Below the pieces are notes generated by a model. That model searched no databases, was not told the DNA's origin, and saw only the letters and a program-made list of their open reading frames with translations. The translations under genes and the position numbers were made by a program. This document shows positions 1-8,624 of a stretch of 24,000 bases of DNA, piece after piece; the first letter of the stretch is position 1; the number at the start of each line of letters is the position of its first letter. Source of the DNA: Moritella sp. Urea-trap-13 (GTDB lineage: Bacteria > Pseudomonadota > Gammaproteobacteria > Enterobacterales > Moritellaceae); contig NZ_PJCA01000027.1 in assembly GCF_002836355.1 (NCBI RefSeq), forward strand, positions 38,281-62,280, written 5' to 3'.

Positions 1-1862
1 ATTACTTAAGTCGTGACCGTTTTACTAAATCGATTGCCTTGTATGTTGATAATATTATCGATACTCGCCGTTTTATGTCGGCAGCTAGAGCCGCGGCATT
101 TAAAAAACCCATTGTGGTGGTACGTTCAAGTTCCAACATAGGTGGGACCACCGAGTTATTGCAAAATCGACGTAATAAGGTCTCTTATAACACCGCGTAT
201 ACCGCCGCATTCCAACGTTCTGGTATGTTGCGTGTTAATGATACCTTCGAGTTATTATCGGCAATCAAAACCATTGCTACGGTCAAGCGATCTGTGCGTG
301 GCGATAAAATGTTGATCATTTCTAATGGCGGTTCACCCGCTTATATGGCCGTTGATGTACTGCTAAAATCTGGCTGTAAACTGGCAGAATTAAGTTATGA
401 AACAGAACAAAAATTATTAAAAGCACTGCCGGGTAAAATCACCAGTATGAATCCGATTAACATCCTTGGTGGTGTTGATGCTGAGGCTTTCAGCAAAGTG
501 ATTGAAATTGTATTGGAAGATGCACAATACGATGCGCTGCTTATTATTCATGCCCCGCAAGTGACTGAAGCATGCCATGTGACGGCTGAAAAGTTAATCC
601 CGCAATTAGTTAAAAATAACAAAAAAGGGCCGATTATATTCACCTCTTGGATGGGCGAAACCAGTGGTCGCATTGCCCGTCAAACCTTGATTAAAGCAGG
701 GATCCCGTCATACGGTACCCCTGAAGTGGCGGTGAATGCCTTCAATTATATTGTTAAGTTTAGACGCCACCAAAAGCTCCTTATTCAAACACCTGAAACC
801 TTAGCCGATTTAAATCCAAATTCGATGACTGCAGCGAAGGTGATGATTGATAACGCGATGCGCAAAGGCGTCAAAGAAGTGAATGAAAAAGGCATTAATT
901 TGTTGCTTAGCGCTTATGGCATTACCTCTGATACGGCGTTATCACGAGATGAGGTCAATAAATTCCGTATCGAAGTGATTGATGATGCGGCATTTGGGCC
1001 GATTATCTGCCTCGGCGAAGCGGGTGGTGATTGGGACATAGATCAAGATGCTGAAGTTGCTTTACCGCCATTGAATATGGCGCTATCGCGCTATCTTGTT
1101 GTCGGGGCTATTAAGCAGGGCATTATCCGTGAGCGTAGTTTATCGGTACGCTTAAATATGGACGGCTTGTGTGAAATATTAACCCGTATTTCGCAGATGA
1201 TTATTGATTTCCCGATGATAAAATCGATCTTGCTGGAGCCATTAGAGTTAGGTCGCACGGCGTATAACATCAAGATCGAAAACGTTAAAATTGGCTTACG
1301 TGGTCGCCGTTCACAGCAAAAACTGGCGATATTACCTTACCCGAAAGAGCTGGAAAGTATCTACACCATGAAAAATGGTAAAGGGGTACTACTCAGACCT
1401 ATTCGTCATGAAGATGAGCCTGAGCATCAAGTATTTGATTCCTCATTAACTGCAGATGATCGTTATTTACGTTACTTTGGCGCTCGTTCTAAATTCAGTC
1501 ACTTTGAAATGGCGATGTTAACGCAAATTGATTATGAACGGGAAATGGCGTTTATTGCCAGTGCTAAAAATCCGATGGGTCAAGCTGAAACCTTAGGCGT
1601 GGTACGGGCTATTTTTGATTGGGATACTGGTGAAGCAGAATTTGCTATTTCAGTTCGCTCAGATTTGAAAGGCCAAGGCTTAGGTAAAGCACTGATGTTG
1701 AAAATTATTGATTTTTGCCGTCAATCAGGCTTAAAAACCATGGTTGGCTTCACCATGCCAACTAACTCAGGCATGATTAAGTTAGCAAAATATTGTGGCT
1801 TTAAAGTGGTAATGGATTACCGAGAAGGCAACGCAGATTTGAAATTAAAGCTAAATGATTAA
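1..1862 (+). CDS. patZ: Protein lysine acetyltransferase, PatZ/YfiQ-like (acyl-CoA synthetase (ADP-forming)-like domains plus C-terminal GNAT); 5'-truncated by the window edge
   Basis: The frame is open from nt 3 with no stop upstream of the TTG at 39 used by the track, so the gene continues off the left edge. The C-terminal GNAT acetyl-CoA motif is present (RSDLKGQGLGKALMLKII). Upstream CoA-ligase-like domains follow the order I remember for E. coli YfiQ (~886 aa). Confidence 0.8.
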   Translation, partial: YLSRDRFTKSIALYVDNIIDTRRFMSAARAAAFKKPIVVVRSSSNIGGTTELLQNRRNKVSYNTAYTAAFQRSGMLRVNDTFELLSAIKTIATVKRSVRGDKMLIISNGGSPAYMAVDVLLKSGCKLAELSYETEQKLLKALPGKITSMNPINILGGVDAEAFSKVIEIVLEDAQYDALLIIHAPQVTEACHVTAEKLIPQLVKNNKKGPIIFTSWMGETSGRIARQTLIKAGIPSYGTPEVAVNAFNYIVKFRRHQKLLIQTPETLADLNPNSMTAAKVMIDNAMRKGVKEVNEKGINLLLSAYGITSDTALSRDEVNKFRIEVIDDAAFGPIICLGEAGGDWDIDQDAEVALPPLNMALSRYLVVGAIKQGIIRERSLSVRLNMDGLCEILTRISQMIIDFPMIKSILLEPLELGRTAYNIKIENVKIGLRGRRSQQKLAILPYPKELESIYTMKNGKGVLLRPIRHEDEPEHQVFDSSLTADDRYLRYFGARSKFSHFEMAMLTQIDYEREMAFIASAKNPMGQAETLGVVRAIFDWDTGEAEFAISVRSDLKGQGLGKALMLKIIDFCRQSGLKTMVGFTMPTNSGMIKLAKYCGFKVVMDYREGNADLKLKLND

Positions 1863-2781
1863 TTTACAACGAATCAATCTCAACTTATTACTCAGTTTGC
1901 AGTACTTGTTGCAAGAGCAGCAAGTGACGGCGGCTGCACAGCGCCAATTTATTACCCAGTCGGCAATGAGTAAAAACCTGGCTAAATTACGCGAAATATT
2001 TGCTGATCCTTTACTGATCAAAATCGATAATAAAAGTCAGTTAACTGAAAAGGCTAAGCAGTTAAAACCACTATTAGCGCAGATCTTAAATAACATTGAT
2101 GGCTTATTGATAACGGGCGGCTTTGACCCTTTGCAATCACAACGTCAATTTACCATAGCCTCAACCGATTATGTGACGGATTATATTCTGCCTATGGCAT
2201 TGGCGCATTTGTACCAACATGCACCGAATATTAAACTTAATCTGACCTATTGGGATACGTTTACACTTGCGGCGATGGAGCGGGGTGAGATTGATTTAGG
2301 GGCAACGATTATCCGCCCTGAACATAAACACCTTTCTTATTTACCGCTAGAGCAAGACAGTTATGTTTGTATTATGCGTCAAGGCCATCCGTTAGAGCAG
2401 GTGGCACTGACCTTGTCTAATTACACTCAGTATCCGCACGGTATTATTACCTCGGGTGCAGACAAATCCAGTGATATTGATGTGGCGCTGTCGGCACAAG
2501 GGGTATTTAGAGACGTGGCATTACGTATCCCATCTTACTCTTCGGCCTTTAGTATTATTGCCAAAACCGACCATTTATTAACCATTCCTAACTCGATTGC
2601 CGATAAACTCATCATCGGCGAGCAATTCAGTCGAAAAAAATTACCAATTAAATTACCTGTTTTACAGGCGGCAATCATCTGGCATCCGCGTTTTGACCAT
2701 GATTTGGCGCATAAGTGGCTGCGTGATGAACTACATGCTCAATTAAGTAGCAATATTCCAAATGGGACTACAGAGGAGTAA
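1855..2781 (+). CDS. LysR-family transcriptional regulator
   Basis: The N-terminus is a typical LTTR wHTH (INLNLLLSLQYLLQEQQVTAAAQRQFITQSAMSKNLAKLREIF). The ~300-aa length fits the family. Its ATG sits inside the patZ stop context ATGATTAA, an 8-nt overlap. Confidence 0.85.
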   Translation: MINLQRINLNLLLSLQYLLQEQQVTAAAQRQFITQSAMSKNLAKLREIFADPLLIKIDNKSQLTEKAKQLKPLLAQILNNIDGLLITGGFDPLQSQRQFTIASTDYVTDYILPMALAHLYQHAPNIKLNLTYWDTFTLAAMERGEIDLGATIIRPEHKHLSYLPLEQDSYVCIMRQGHPLEQVALTLSNYTQYPHGIITSGADKSSDIDVALSAQGVFRDVALRIPSYSSAFSIIAKTDHLLTIPNSIADKLIIGEQFSRKKLPIKLPVLQAAIIWHPRFDHDLAHKWLRDELHAQLSSNIPNGTTEE

Positions 2782-2791
2782 AAGAAGTCAT

Positions 2792-2820
2792 TTTATTCAT
2801 TTCAATATGCGTTCTATTAT
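2792..2820 (+). promoter_or_regulatory. Candidate sigma70 promoter for the LysE-family gene (TTTATT-17 nt-TATTAT)
   Basis: The hexamers were read directly and lie in the 56-nt lysR-lysE spacer. It would leave a very short 5'UTR to ATG 2838, or a 23-nt one to the alternative ATG 2850. Confidence 0.3.
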
Positions 2821-2837
2821 TACTGCAACGCAATGGA

Positions 2838-3461
2838 ATGGTGAGCATCATGTACGAAATTATAGTGTCTTTATTAGTTATTAACTTCTTTGGTATGCTC
2901 AGCCCTGGGCCTGACATGATGCTGGTTTTAAAATACGGTAGCCTAAATGCGAAACGTGCTGCTTGGTATTGTGTTGGCGGCATCATTAGTGGTCTAGCTG
3001 TACACATGATGTTAGGTCTATTTGGTATCTCATTACTTATTTCCAGCAACCCAATGCTATTCAATGTAGTACGTTGGTTAGGTGCTGCTTACCTTATTTA
3101 TATCGGTATTAAATCGCTGCGAGCGGGTAAAAGCGAAATTGAAGTAGATGCGGGTACACTAAACTATCGTCCCACTAAAGCTTATTTAGACGGCTTATTG
3201 TGTAATCTATTAAATCCTAAAATCTTGATGTTCATGGTCGCTGCATTCAGTCAGGTTATTGCCCCTGAAACGCCCACATCAGATAAGTTATTAATCAGCT
3301 TATCTATCTTCGTTGAAACGGCAGTACTGTGGTCTTGCTTCATTATATTGCTTAACCGTGGAGGCTTAAAACCTATGCTTAACCGTTATCAAGATAAGAT
3401 CAACAAAGCAACCGGTGGTCTGTTAATTACCCTCGGTGGTTTCATCGGTTTAAGTAGTTAA
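2838..3461 (+). CDS. LysE/RhtB-family amino-acid (homoserine/threonine-type) exporter
   Basis: The protein is ~205 aa and multi-TM, with the family N-terminal motif FGMLSPGPDMMLV. The start could instead be ATG 2850 (MYEIIV...), which has GGTGAG just upstream. Confidence 0.85.
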   Translation: MVSIMYEIIVSLLVINFFGMLSPGPDMMLVLKYGSLNAKRAAWYCVGGIISGLAVHMMLGLFGISLLISSNPMLFNVVRWLGAAYLIYIGIKSLRAGKSEIEVDAGTLNYRPTKAYLDGLLCNLLNPKILMFMVAAFSQVIAPETPTSDKLLISLSIFVETAVLWSCFIILLNRGGLKPMLNRYQDKINKATGGLLITLGGFIGLSS

Positions 3462-3487
3462 CATGCGTTAACGATAAATTGATAAAA

Positions 3488-3526
3488 GAAAGGCGCTGTG
3501 GGTGAATACCGACAGCGCCTTTTTTG
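3488..3526. terminator. Bidirectional rho-independent terminator between the LysE gene (+) and the M16 protease gene (-)
   Basis: The stem is GGCGCTGT / ACAGCGCC with a 12-nt loop. It is followed by T6 on the plus strand and by TTTCTTTT on the minus strand. Confidence 0.8.
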
Positions 3527-3564
3527 TGCTTTTAATTTAGTACTTAAGATCTCGAGTGAAGGGC

Positions 3565-6399
3565 TTAAAGCTCAAAAATATTACTTTGTTGTTGGAAGGT
3601 TTCTACATCGCTAATATAGGTGCCTTCACACTTATCTACAGGACGTTCTTCGTATTCATCTACTTCTTCATCATGCGAGTTTGATGGGTTGATTGTTGCC
3701 ATGATCAAGCGGTCAGAAGTCCGAGACTTTAATTCCACCATGAAGCGGATCAGGTCGACACGTTCTATTTTTTCCAATTCTTCGGCAATTTTATCGGACT
3801 TATCAAAGCTTTTATCTTTAATGCCAATAGAGTGCCACAGCCGTTTACTTTTGCTGTTTATGTTAGAATCTGGTTCACGCAATTTAGAGACCAATCCCTG
3901 CTTACTTGATTGCCATTGCTGCTCGGTAAACGAGATCATCCCGAACGGGAAGAAATCAATAAAGTCGTTGATCGCATCCAGCAATTTGGTTGGTGACGTA
4001 TGCGGTGATTGCACATAGAACATCAAACCCGCGTGGCGATTCAGCGGTATGTTGCCAGTACCGACCACATAACCCAGTTGTTGCTGGGTACGCAGTTCAT
4101 AGAAGAATTTAGATGACATTACATGATTCGCCAAGCTGTAATAGGCTAGTTCTTTCGGTGATATCTTCGGTGCCTGATAGTAAACAATCAGCGCAGCATC
4201 GTTATGTTCAACAGCGACCTCGTGTATTAAAGAGCCGGTATCTTGGATATCCACCAGTTTACGTATTGTTTCTTTGCCTGGCGTGCTAATCGGATGTAGT
4301 TTATCTTTGACGTATTGGCCAATTTCGAGTGCTTGAGATTGATGCCAGTCACCGTGGATCAATATTTCCACACTGATGTTTTGATACACCTTTTCTAGAT
4401 ACTCGGGCAATTGTTCTTGCTTAATACTGGCCAAGGCTTTGGCTAAGCGCTCACTTGACGGGTTATTGGGTTGCAGCACCGAAGTTAACTCTGAAAACAA
4501 GCGATTGATCGGTTTCGCTTGTTTATGATTTTCCCATGAAATAAGCATCTGATTACGAATACTGGCGAAGGTTTCATTGTCCACGGTTTGTAAGTGACGA
4601 TGGCCAATGATCAGTTTTAATAACTCGAACTGTTTCTGCGCAAACCCTGCAAGGTGTAAGGTGAATCCGCCTTGATGGGCATAAATATGGTAATTAATAC
4701 CGGCAATTTCTGCTTGATAAGTCAGGCTATTTAATTGCTCCATCAACAGCTCAACCGCTAATCGGGTCATGGCTATATTATGGGTATTAGCAATGGCATA
4801 TTCACTGTCAATGGAAATGAAGATGTTGCCCTTGGGTAGATGGAACTCATGTTCTTGCATAAACCAAGTTTTAAAGCCGTCACTGTGATCAATCAACTTT
4901 GGTTGCTCTGAGAGGTTGGCTTTATCTAGCGCAAGGGCTTCTAAAGACGGACTCATGAACAGGTTCTTGATTGGTAGCGCTAGGCTTTCATCAATCTCGA
5001 CATTCGCCCAGCGTTGTTGTTGGCTCGCTGTAAATGCATCCACGCGATAAGGGGTATCATACCAAGCGGCTTTTTTATTGGTGTCTAAATTGGGTGCCGA
5101 TATCATCAAGCGCATATTTTTCGGGTTAAGCTGCTGTAAAAAGAAACGGCAAGCCTCGATATCAAATCCCTTCATCATGTAGTCACCGTAAATGACATGC
5201 TCAGGCTGATAGATATGCAAATTTTGCGATAGGTGTGAAACGTTTTTAACGGCTGGTATTTTCTCTTGATAGCGGAACGCTTGTTCTAAGAAATTTTTCT
5301 TCTCGTCATAGCGCCACGCTTGTAAACCTTGCTCGGCGATCAGTTTGATATATTGCAGGCAGAACTCAACAATCTCGGTGATATGCTTAAAGCCATCACT
5401 GGTTAAGCCCATAATGACATTATAATCTTTAAAGTTAGCGCCACTTTGGCCACTGCCTGCTGATAACGCCGTTACCCAACCTTTACGTTTCAATAACGAC
5501 AGTAAACTGCCTTCCGTTTCATCACCGATTAACTGACTGATGTAGCTCAGCGGCTTAATTTGGTAATAAGGTAGGGTATTGCCTAACGGGAAGCAGATAT
5601 ATAACTTCTTGTGACCGCTGAGTGATTCCACCCATATTGCTTGCTGTAATTGTGCATTGGTATACAGCGGGGTCGCTAAAGGCACGGCATTGATGCCGCG
5701 ATTTGGCACGGCCGAGAACATTTCATTCAGCATGTGTTCTTGCTTATCGAGAGTCAGTTCGGATTGGATCACTAACTTCATTAAGGATGCACAGTAATGC
5801 TGTTGGTAAAATCGTAACAACTCATCACGTAACGTATAGCTTTCGGTATCGGCTAATGTCGTCAGGTTACCCACCGAGAATTTACTAAAAGGGTGGGTCG
5901 GATTAACGGTTTCTTTGTGCGCTTGGTAGAAACGGCGCACGTCATCTTTAAGCTTGAGCTTATATTCGGAATCAACAGCATGACGTTCGCGTTCTAACAA
6001 GTCAGCATTAAAACTGGGCGCGATAAAAAACTGCGCGAAACGATCAAGGGCGTTATGGAAGTAGCTGTTGTTAATATCAAAGTAATAGTTGGTATATTCG
6101 GTGCCAGTCCAGGCGTTGTTACTGCCACCATGCATGGAAATAAATGACTGGTATTCGCCAGGTTTGGGATATTTATCTGTACCGAGAAATAACATGTGCT
6201 CGAGTAAGTGTGCAAGCCCTTCATGTTGCTGGGGATCATCAAAATGACCAACGGCAACAGACATGGATGCGGCAGATTTTTTACACTGTTCATCTTGAAT
6301 GAGTAATACGGTTAAACCGTTAGGGAGCGTGATGTGACGGTATTGTTTATGATCATTAGGGCTAGTTATCAAGGCAGATGCTCCATGTGATGACTGCAT
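3565..6399 (-). CDS. M16-family zinc metalloprotease (insulinase/pitrilysin/protease III-like)
   Basis: The inverted zinc motif HxxEH is present (GLAHLLEHMLFLGTDKYP), followed downstream by GGSNNAWT. The ~940-aa four-domain size matches PtrA/IDE. No hydrophobic signal peptide is visible at the N-terminus (MQSSHGASALITSPNDHKQY), and the C-terminal tail is acidic. Confidence 0.9.
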   Translation of the reverse strand: MQSSHGASALITSPNDHKQYRHITLPNGLTVLLIQDEQCKKSAASMSVAVGHFDDPQQHEGLAHLLEHMLFLGTDKYPKPGEYQSFISMHGGSNNAWTGTEYTNYYFDINNSYFHNALDRFAQFFIAPSFNADLLERERHAVDSEYKLKLKDDVRRFYQAHKETVNPTHPFSKFSVGNLTTLADTESYTLRDELLRFYQQHYCASLMKLVIQSELTLDKQEHMLNEMFSAVPNRGINAVPLATPLYTNAQLQQAIWVESLSGHKKLYICFPLGNTLPYYQIKPLSYISQLIGDETEGSLLSLLKRKGWVTALSAGSGQSGANFKDYNVIMGLTSDGFKHITEIVEFCLQYIKLIAEQGLQAWRYDEKKNFLEQAFRYQEKIPAVKNVSHLSQNLHIYQPEHVIYGDYMMKGFDIEACRFFLQQLNPKNMRLMISAPNLDTNKKAAWYDTPYRVDAFTASQQQRWANVEIDESLALPIKNLFMSPSLEALALDKANLSEQPKLIDHSDGFKTWFMQEHEFHLPKGNIFISIDSEYAIANTHNIAMTRLAVELLMEQLNSLTYQAEIAGINYHIYAHQGGFTLHLAGFAQKQFELLKLIIGHRHLQTVDNETFASIRNQMLISWENHKQAKPINRLFSELTSVLQPNNPSSERLAKALASIKQEQLPEYLEKVYQNISVEILIHGDWHQSQALEIGQYVKDKLHPISTPGKETIRKLVDIQDTGSLIHEVAVEHNDAALIVYYQAPKISPKELAYYSLANHVMSSKFFYELRTQQQLGYVVGTGNIPLNRHAGLMFYVQSPHTSPTKLLDAINDFIDFFPFGMISFTEQQWQSSKQGLVSKLREPDSNINSKSKRLWHSIGIKDKSFDKSDKIAEELEKIERVDLIRFMVELKSRTSDRLIMATINPSNSHDEEVDEYEERPVDKCEGTYISDVETFQQQSNIFEL

Positions 6400-6701
6400 A
6401 GAAAAATAAATTAGATCAAGTTCAAAGAATGAAAAATCTAAAATGCAGTAATGAATGCTGAGGTTTAATCTTATTAAATAAGAAACAAATCGTGCGATGA
6501 CGATACAATTTACTCATAATATATAAGTCAGTATGGCGCTAAAATGACTGTAAGTAATTATTTTTTGAAAACAATGTTTAAAAACATAAGCTAAACGTGG
6601 TTTTTAATATTTCTGTCATCAAGTAGCGTTATCATGCAGTCGTTTTATAGGGGTATGTTAATATCTATTAAAGGATTCAACAGATATTATAGTGTGGTGG
6701 T

Positions 6702-7169
6702 ATGAAAATTTATATTATGCGACACGGTCAAGCGGGATTGTATGCAAACAGCGATGCGGAACGTGAATTAACGGGTACTGGACGCCAGCAATCTGCTGAT
6801 ATGGCTGATTGGTTAAGTGCGATTGAACCGACGTTAGATTGTGTGCTACACAGCCCTTATGTACGCGCTGCACAAACTTGGCAAGTTATCGGGAACTTTT
6901 TCACGGTAAACAAGGTCGAAGTATGTGAAGACATTACTCCTTATGGTGATGCCGAATTTATTGCTGATTATGTTCGAGCTCTGGTAGCGCAACATAATTA
7001 TAAAACTGTGTTACTGGTTTCACATTTACCAGTGGTGAGTTATTTAACCTCAGCGCTAACAACCAGTAAACATATGCCCGCATTCGCAACATCGGCGATT
7101 GCTTGCTTAGAACTTGATGAAAAAGATTGTAATTTTAAGTGGTTAGAAACACCAGCGAGTATAAAGTAG
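6702..7169 (+). CDS. sixA: Phosphohistidine phosphatase SixA
   Basis: The RHG catalytic motif sits at the N-terminus (MKIYIMRHGQAG) and a second His motif is present (LLVSHLP). The ~155-aa protein is collinear with E. coli SixA as I remember it. Confidence 0.9.
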   Translation: MKIYIMRHGQAGLYANSDAERELTGTGRQQSADMADWLSAIEPTLDCVLHSPYVRAAQTWQVIGNFFTVNKVEVCEDITPYGDAEFIADYVRALVAQHNYKTVLLVSHLPVVSYLTSALTTSKHMPAFATSAIACLELDEKDCNFKWLETPASIK

Positions 7170-7243
7170 TTAACTGATTTATTATTTATTTTTATGATTA
7201 GTGCTTACACTTTATACAAAGGTTAATGCAGCGTTAAATCCCT

Positions 7244-7271
7244 TTGCATTACCCAATTGTTAGTATATTAT
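7244..7271 (+). promoter_or_regulatory. Candidate sigma70 promoter (TTGCAT-16 nt-TATTAT) for the 65-aa ORF
   Basis: The hexamers were read directly, ~58 nt upstream of the ATG at 7329. A small GGTAC/GTACC hairpin (7286-7302) lies in the predicted 5'UTR. Confidence 0.45.
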
Positions 7272-7328
7272 GCCGCTTCTGTTTGGGTACTTGGATGGTA
7301 CCTATATAAGCGTATAAAGGAGTGCTAA

Positions 7329-7526
7329 ATGCGTAGTTTTAAACAGTTTAACTCGTTACGTATCGCAAGATATGTAAAAAGTTTTTTTCGTGGAACTCTC
7401 TATGTCACAGGTTTGGGATTATTAGAGTTTCAGCAAGGTATGTTAGTCATGCCGAGTAACGCAGGTAACAATGTTAAAATGCGCATCTCGGAAGTGAATC
7501 GTGAAATTAAACGATTTGCAGTTTAA
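7329..7526 (+). CDS. Hypothetical small basic protein (65 aa), no family recognised
   Basis: A canonical SD (AAGGAG, 7317-7322) lies 6 nt before the ATG. The ORF has its own promoter candidate upstream and a strong intrinsic terminator 17 nt after the stop. Confidence 0.5.
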   Translation: MRSFKQFNSLRIARYVKSFFRGTLYVTGLGLLEFQQGMLVMPSNAGNNVKMRISEVNREIKRFAV

Positions 7527-7542
7527 CAGACTGAGCTTGAAA

Positions 7543-7570
7543 GGTTAGTGTCACGCACTAGCCTTTTTTT
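7543..7570 (+). terminator. Rho-independent terminator of the 65-aa ORF transcript
   Basis: The stem is GGTTAGTG / CACTAGCC (one G-U pair) with a 5-nt loop, followed by T7. Confidence 0.8.
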
Positions 7571-7580
7571 GTGCCTATTT

Positions 7581-7633
7581 TTTAGTGCTGAACGATAAAT
7601 AATTTAGTACTGATTGATAAATAGTTTGCTGCT
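7581..7633. repeat. Tandem 22-bp direct repeat (2 full copies plus a partial third)
   Basis: TTTAGTGCTGAACGATAAATAA (7581-7602) and TTTAGTACTGATTGATAAATAG (7603-7624) match at 18/22 positions, and TTTGCTGCT follows. The repeat sits between the convergent 3' ends of the 65-aa and 88-aa ORFs. Confidence 0.6.
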
Positions 7634-7898
7634 AACCGAAAAACATAGCAACATTAAATCCTACCGTAATGCACAAACCCAGCAGCATCAGAATAATGAC
7701 ATTGTAACGCTTTAGAAAGCTAAGCCTTGGATGTTTGGCTTTGAACGCTGCAGCAGCAAGCGCCTTTACCCTTGCCCTTTCTTTTTTGATTGCGTTTAGT
7801 TGGTCTTCAGCAAGCATTGCTTGTTCTAGCTGCGCGAGTCGCTCATTATTTTCTTGTTCTAGCTCTGCAAACCACAGCTCTTGTTTATCAGTCTCCAT
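7632..7898 (-). CDS. Hypothetical 88-aa tail-anchored membrane protein with an N-terminal acidic coiled-coil
   Basis: The ATG lies 22 nt after the smrB stop with GAGG upstream, on the same strand as smrB, so it is probably co-transcribed. The N-terminus has a heptad-like E/Q/L-rich sequence, followed by a K/R patch and a single C-terminal TM (YNVIILMLLGLCITVGFNVAMFFG). Confidence 0.55.
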   Translation of the reverse strand: METDKQELWFAELEQENNERLAQLEQAMLAEDQLNAIKKERARVKALAAAAFKAKHPRLSFLKRYNVIILMLLGLCITVGFNVAMFFG

Positions 7899-7920
7899 TA
7901 CTCTATTACCTCATCGGCAA

Positions 7921-8547
7921 CTAAAACATGTCTTCTTTAGTTGTTAGTTCAACCAAGATAGATATGGCTGCACTGCCACCCCAAGTTTTGGTTGCTTGAT
8001 GAAACGCTTCGATATCCGGATGTTGGGCTAACCACATCGGTAATTGGCGTTTAAGAATGTTCTTGCCATGACCGTGCATCACATTACAGCAGCGAATATG
8101 TTGTTTACGACATTCGGCAATTAATGCGGATATTTCTACCTTGGCAATCTCTTGGGTTAAACCATGTAAGTCCAACAGCAATTCAGGCTCGTAATCACCA
8201 CGACGTAATTTTTTCAACTCATACGGAGAAACGCCTTCACGTATATACCGGGTAGGGCCTTCGTCAGCAATGTGTGGCTCAAATTGATCGGAGAAAAAAT
8301 GTTCACGTTGCGCTGATTCTTGTCGGATTGAATCATTTGCTTGAGTTTTAGGTTTATTTGCCCTGATTTTTGTTTTGCGTATGGTATCCTGTGCCAAAGG
8401 TTTTATACCTTTCATACTATCAGAGAAAAGAGCTTGTTCATCCGGTTTCAATGCGGCTTGTGATACTTTCACTTGCGCTGCTTGTACCTGTTCTTTTGCT
8501 ACATCTATTTGTTGCAGCATCTTTTTTTTCATTTGTTTATTAAACAT
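7921..8547 (-). CDS. smrB: Smr-domain endonuclease SmrB (ribosome-collision rescue nuclease)
   Basis: The Smr domain motifs LDLHGLT and VMHGHGKNILK are present, as is the C-terminal WLAQHPDIEAFHQA. The protein is collinear with E. coli SmrB (YfcN). The start is ambiguous: ATG 8547, or ATG 8532 giving MKKKM..., like the E. coli MKKK N-terminus. Confidence 0.9.
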   Translation of the reverse strand: MFNKQMKKKMLQQIDVAKEQVQAAQVKVSQAALKPDEQALFSDSMKGIKPLAQDTIRKTKIRANKPKTQANDSIRQESAQREHFFSDQFEPHIADEGPTRYIREGVSPYELKKLRRGDYEPELLLDLHGLTQEIAKVEISALIAECRKQHIRCCNVMHGHGKNILKRQLPMWLAQHPDIEAFHQATKTWGGSAAISILVELTTKEDMF

Positions 8548-8624
8548 AATGTTAGTTACCCAGATTCAACTGCTAAGCTCAGTTGATTAAACATTTTGTT
8601 ACTTTACCAAAATTGGAGTCAATT

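Noticed and set aside
3620-6293. Track ORFs 3620-4018 (+), 5703-5888 (+) and 5994-6293 (-) inside the M16 protease gene
   Set aside because: They lie entirely within a long, motif-supported CDS, either antisense or in another frame. They have no SD and their composition is low-complexity or Ser/Cys-rich. These are typical shadow ORFs.
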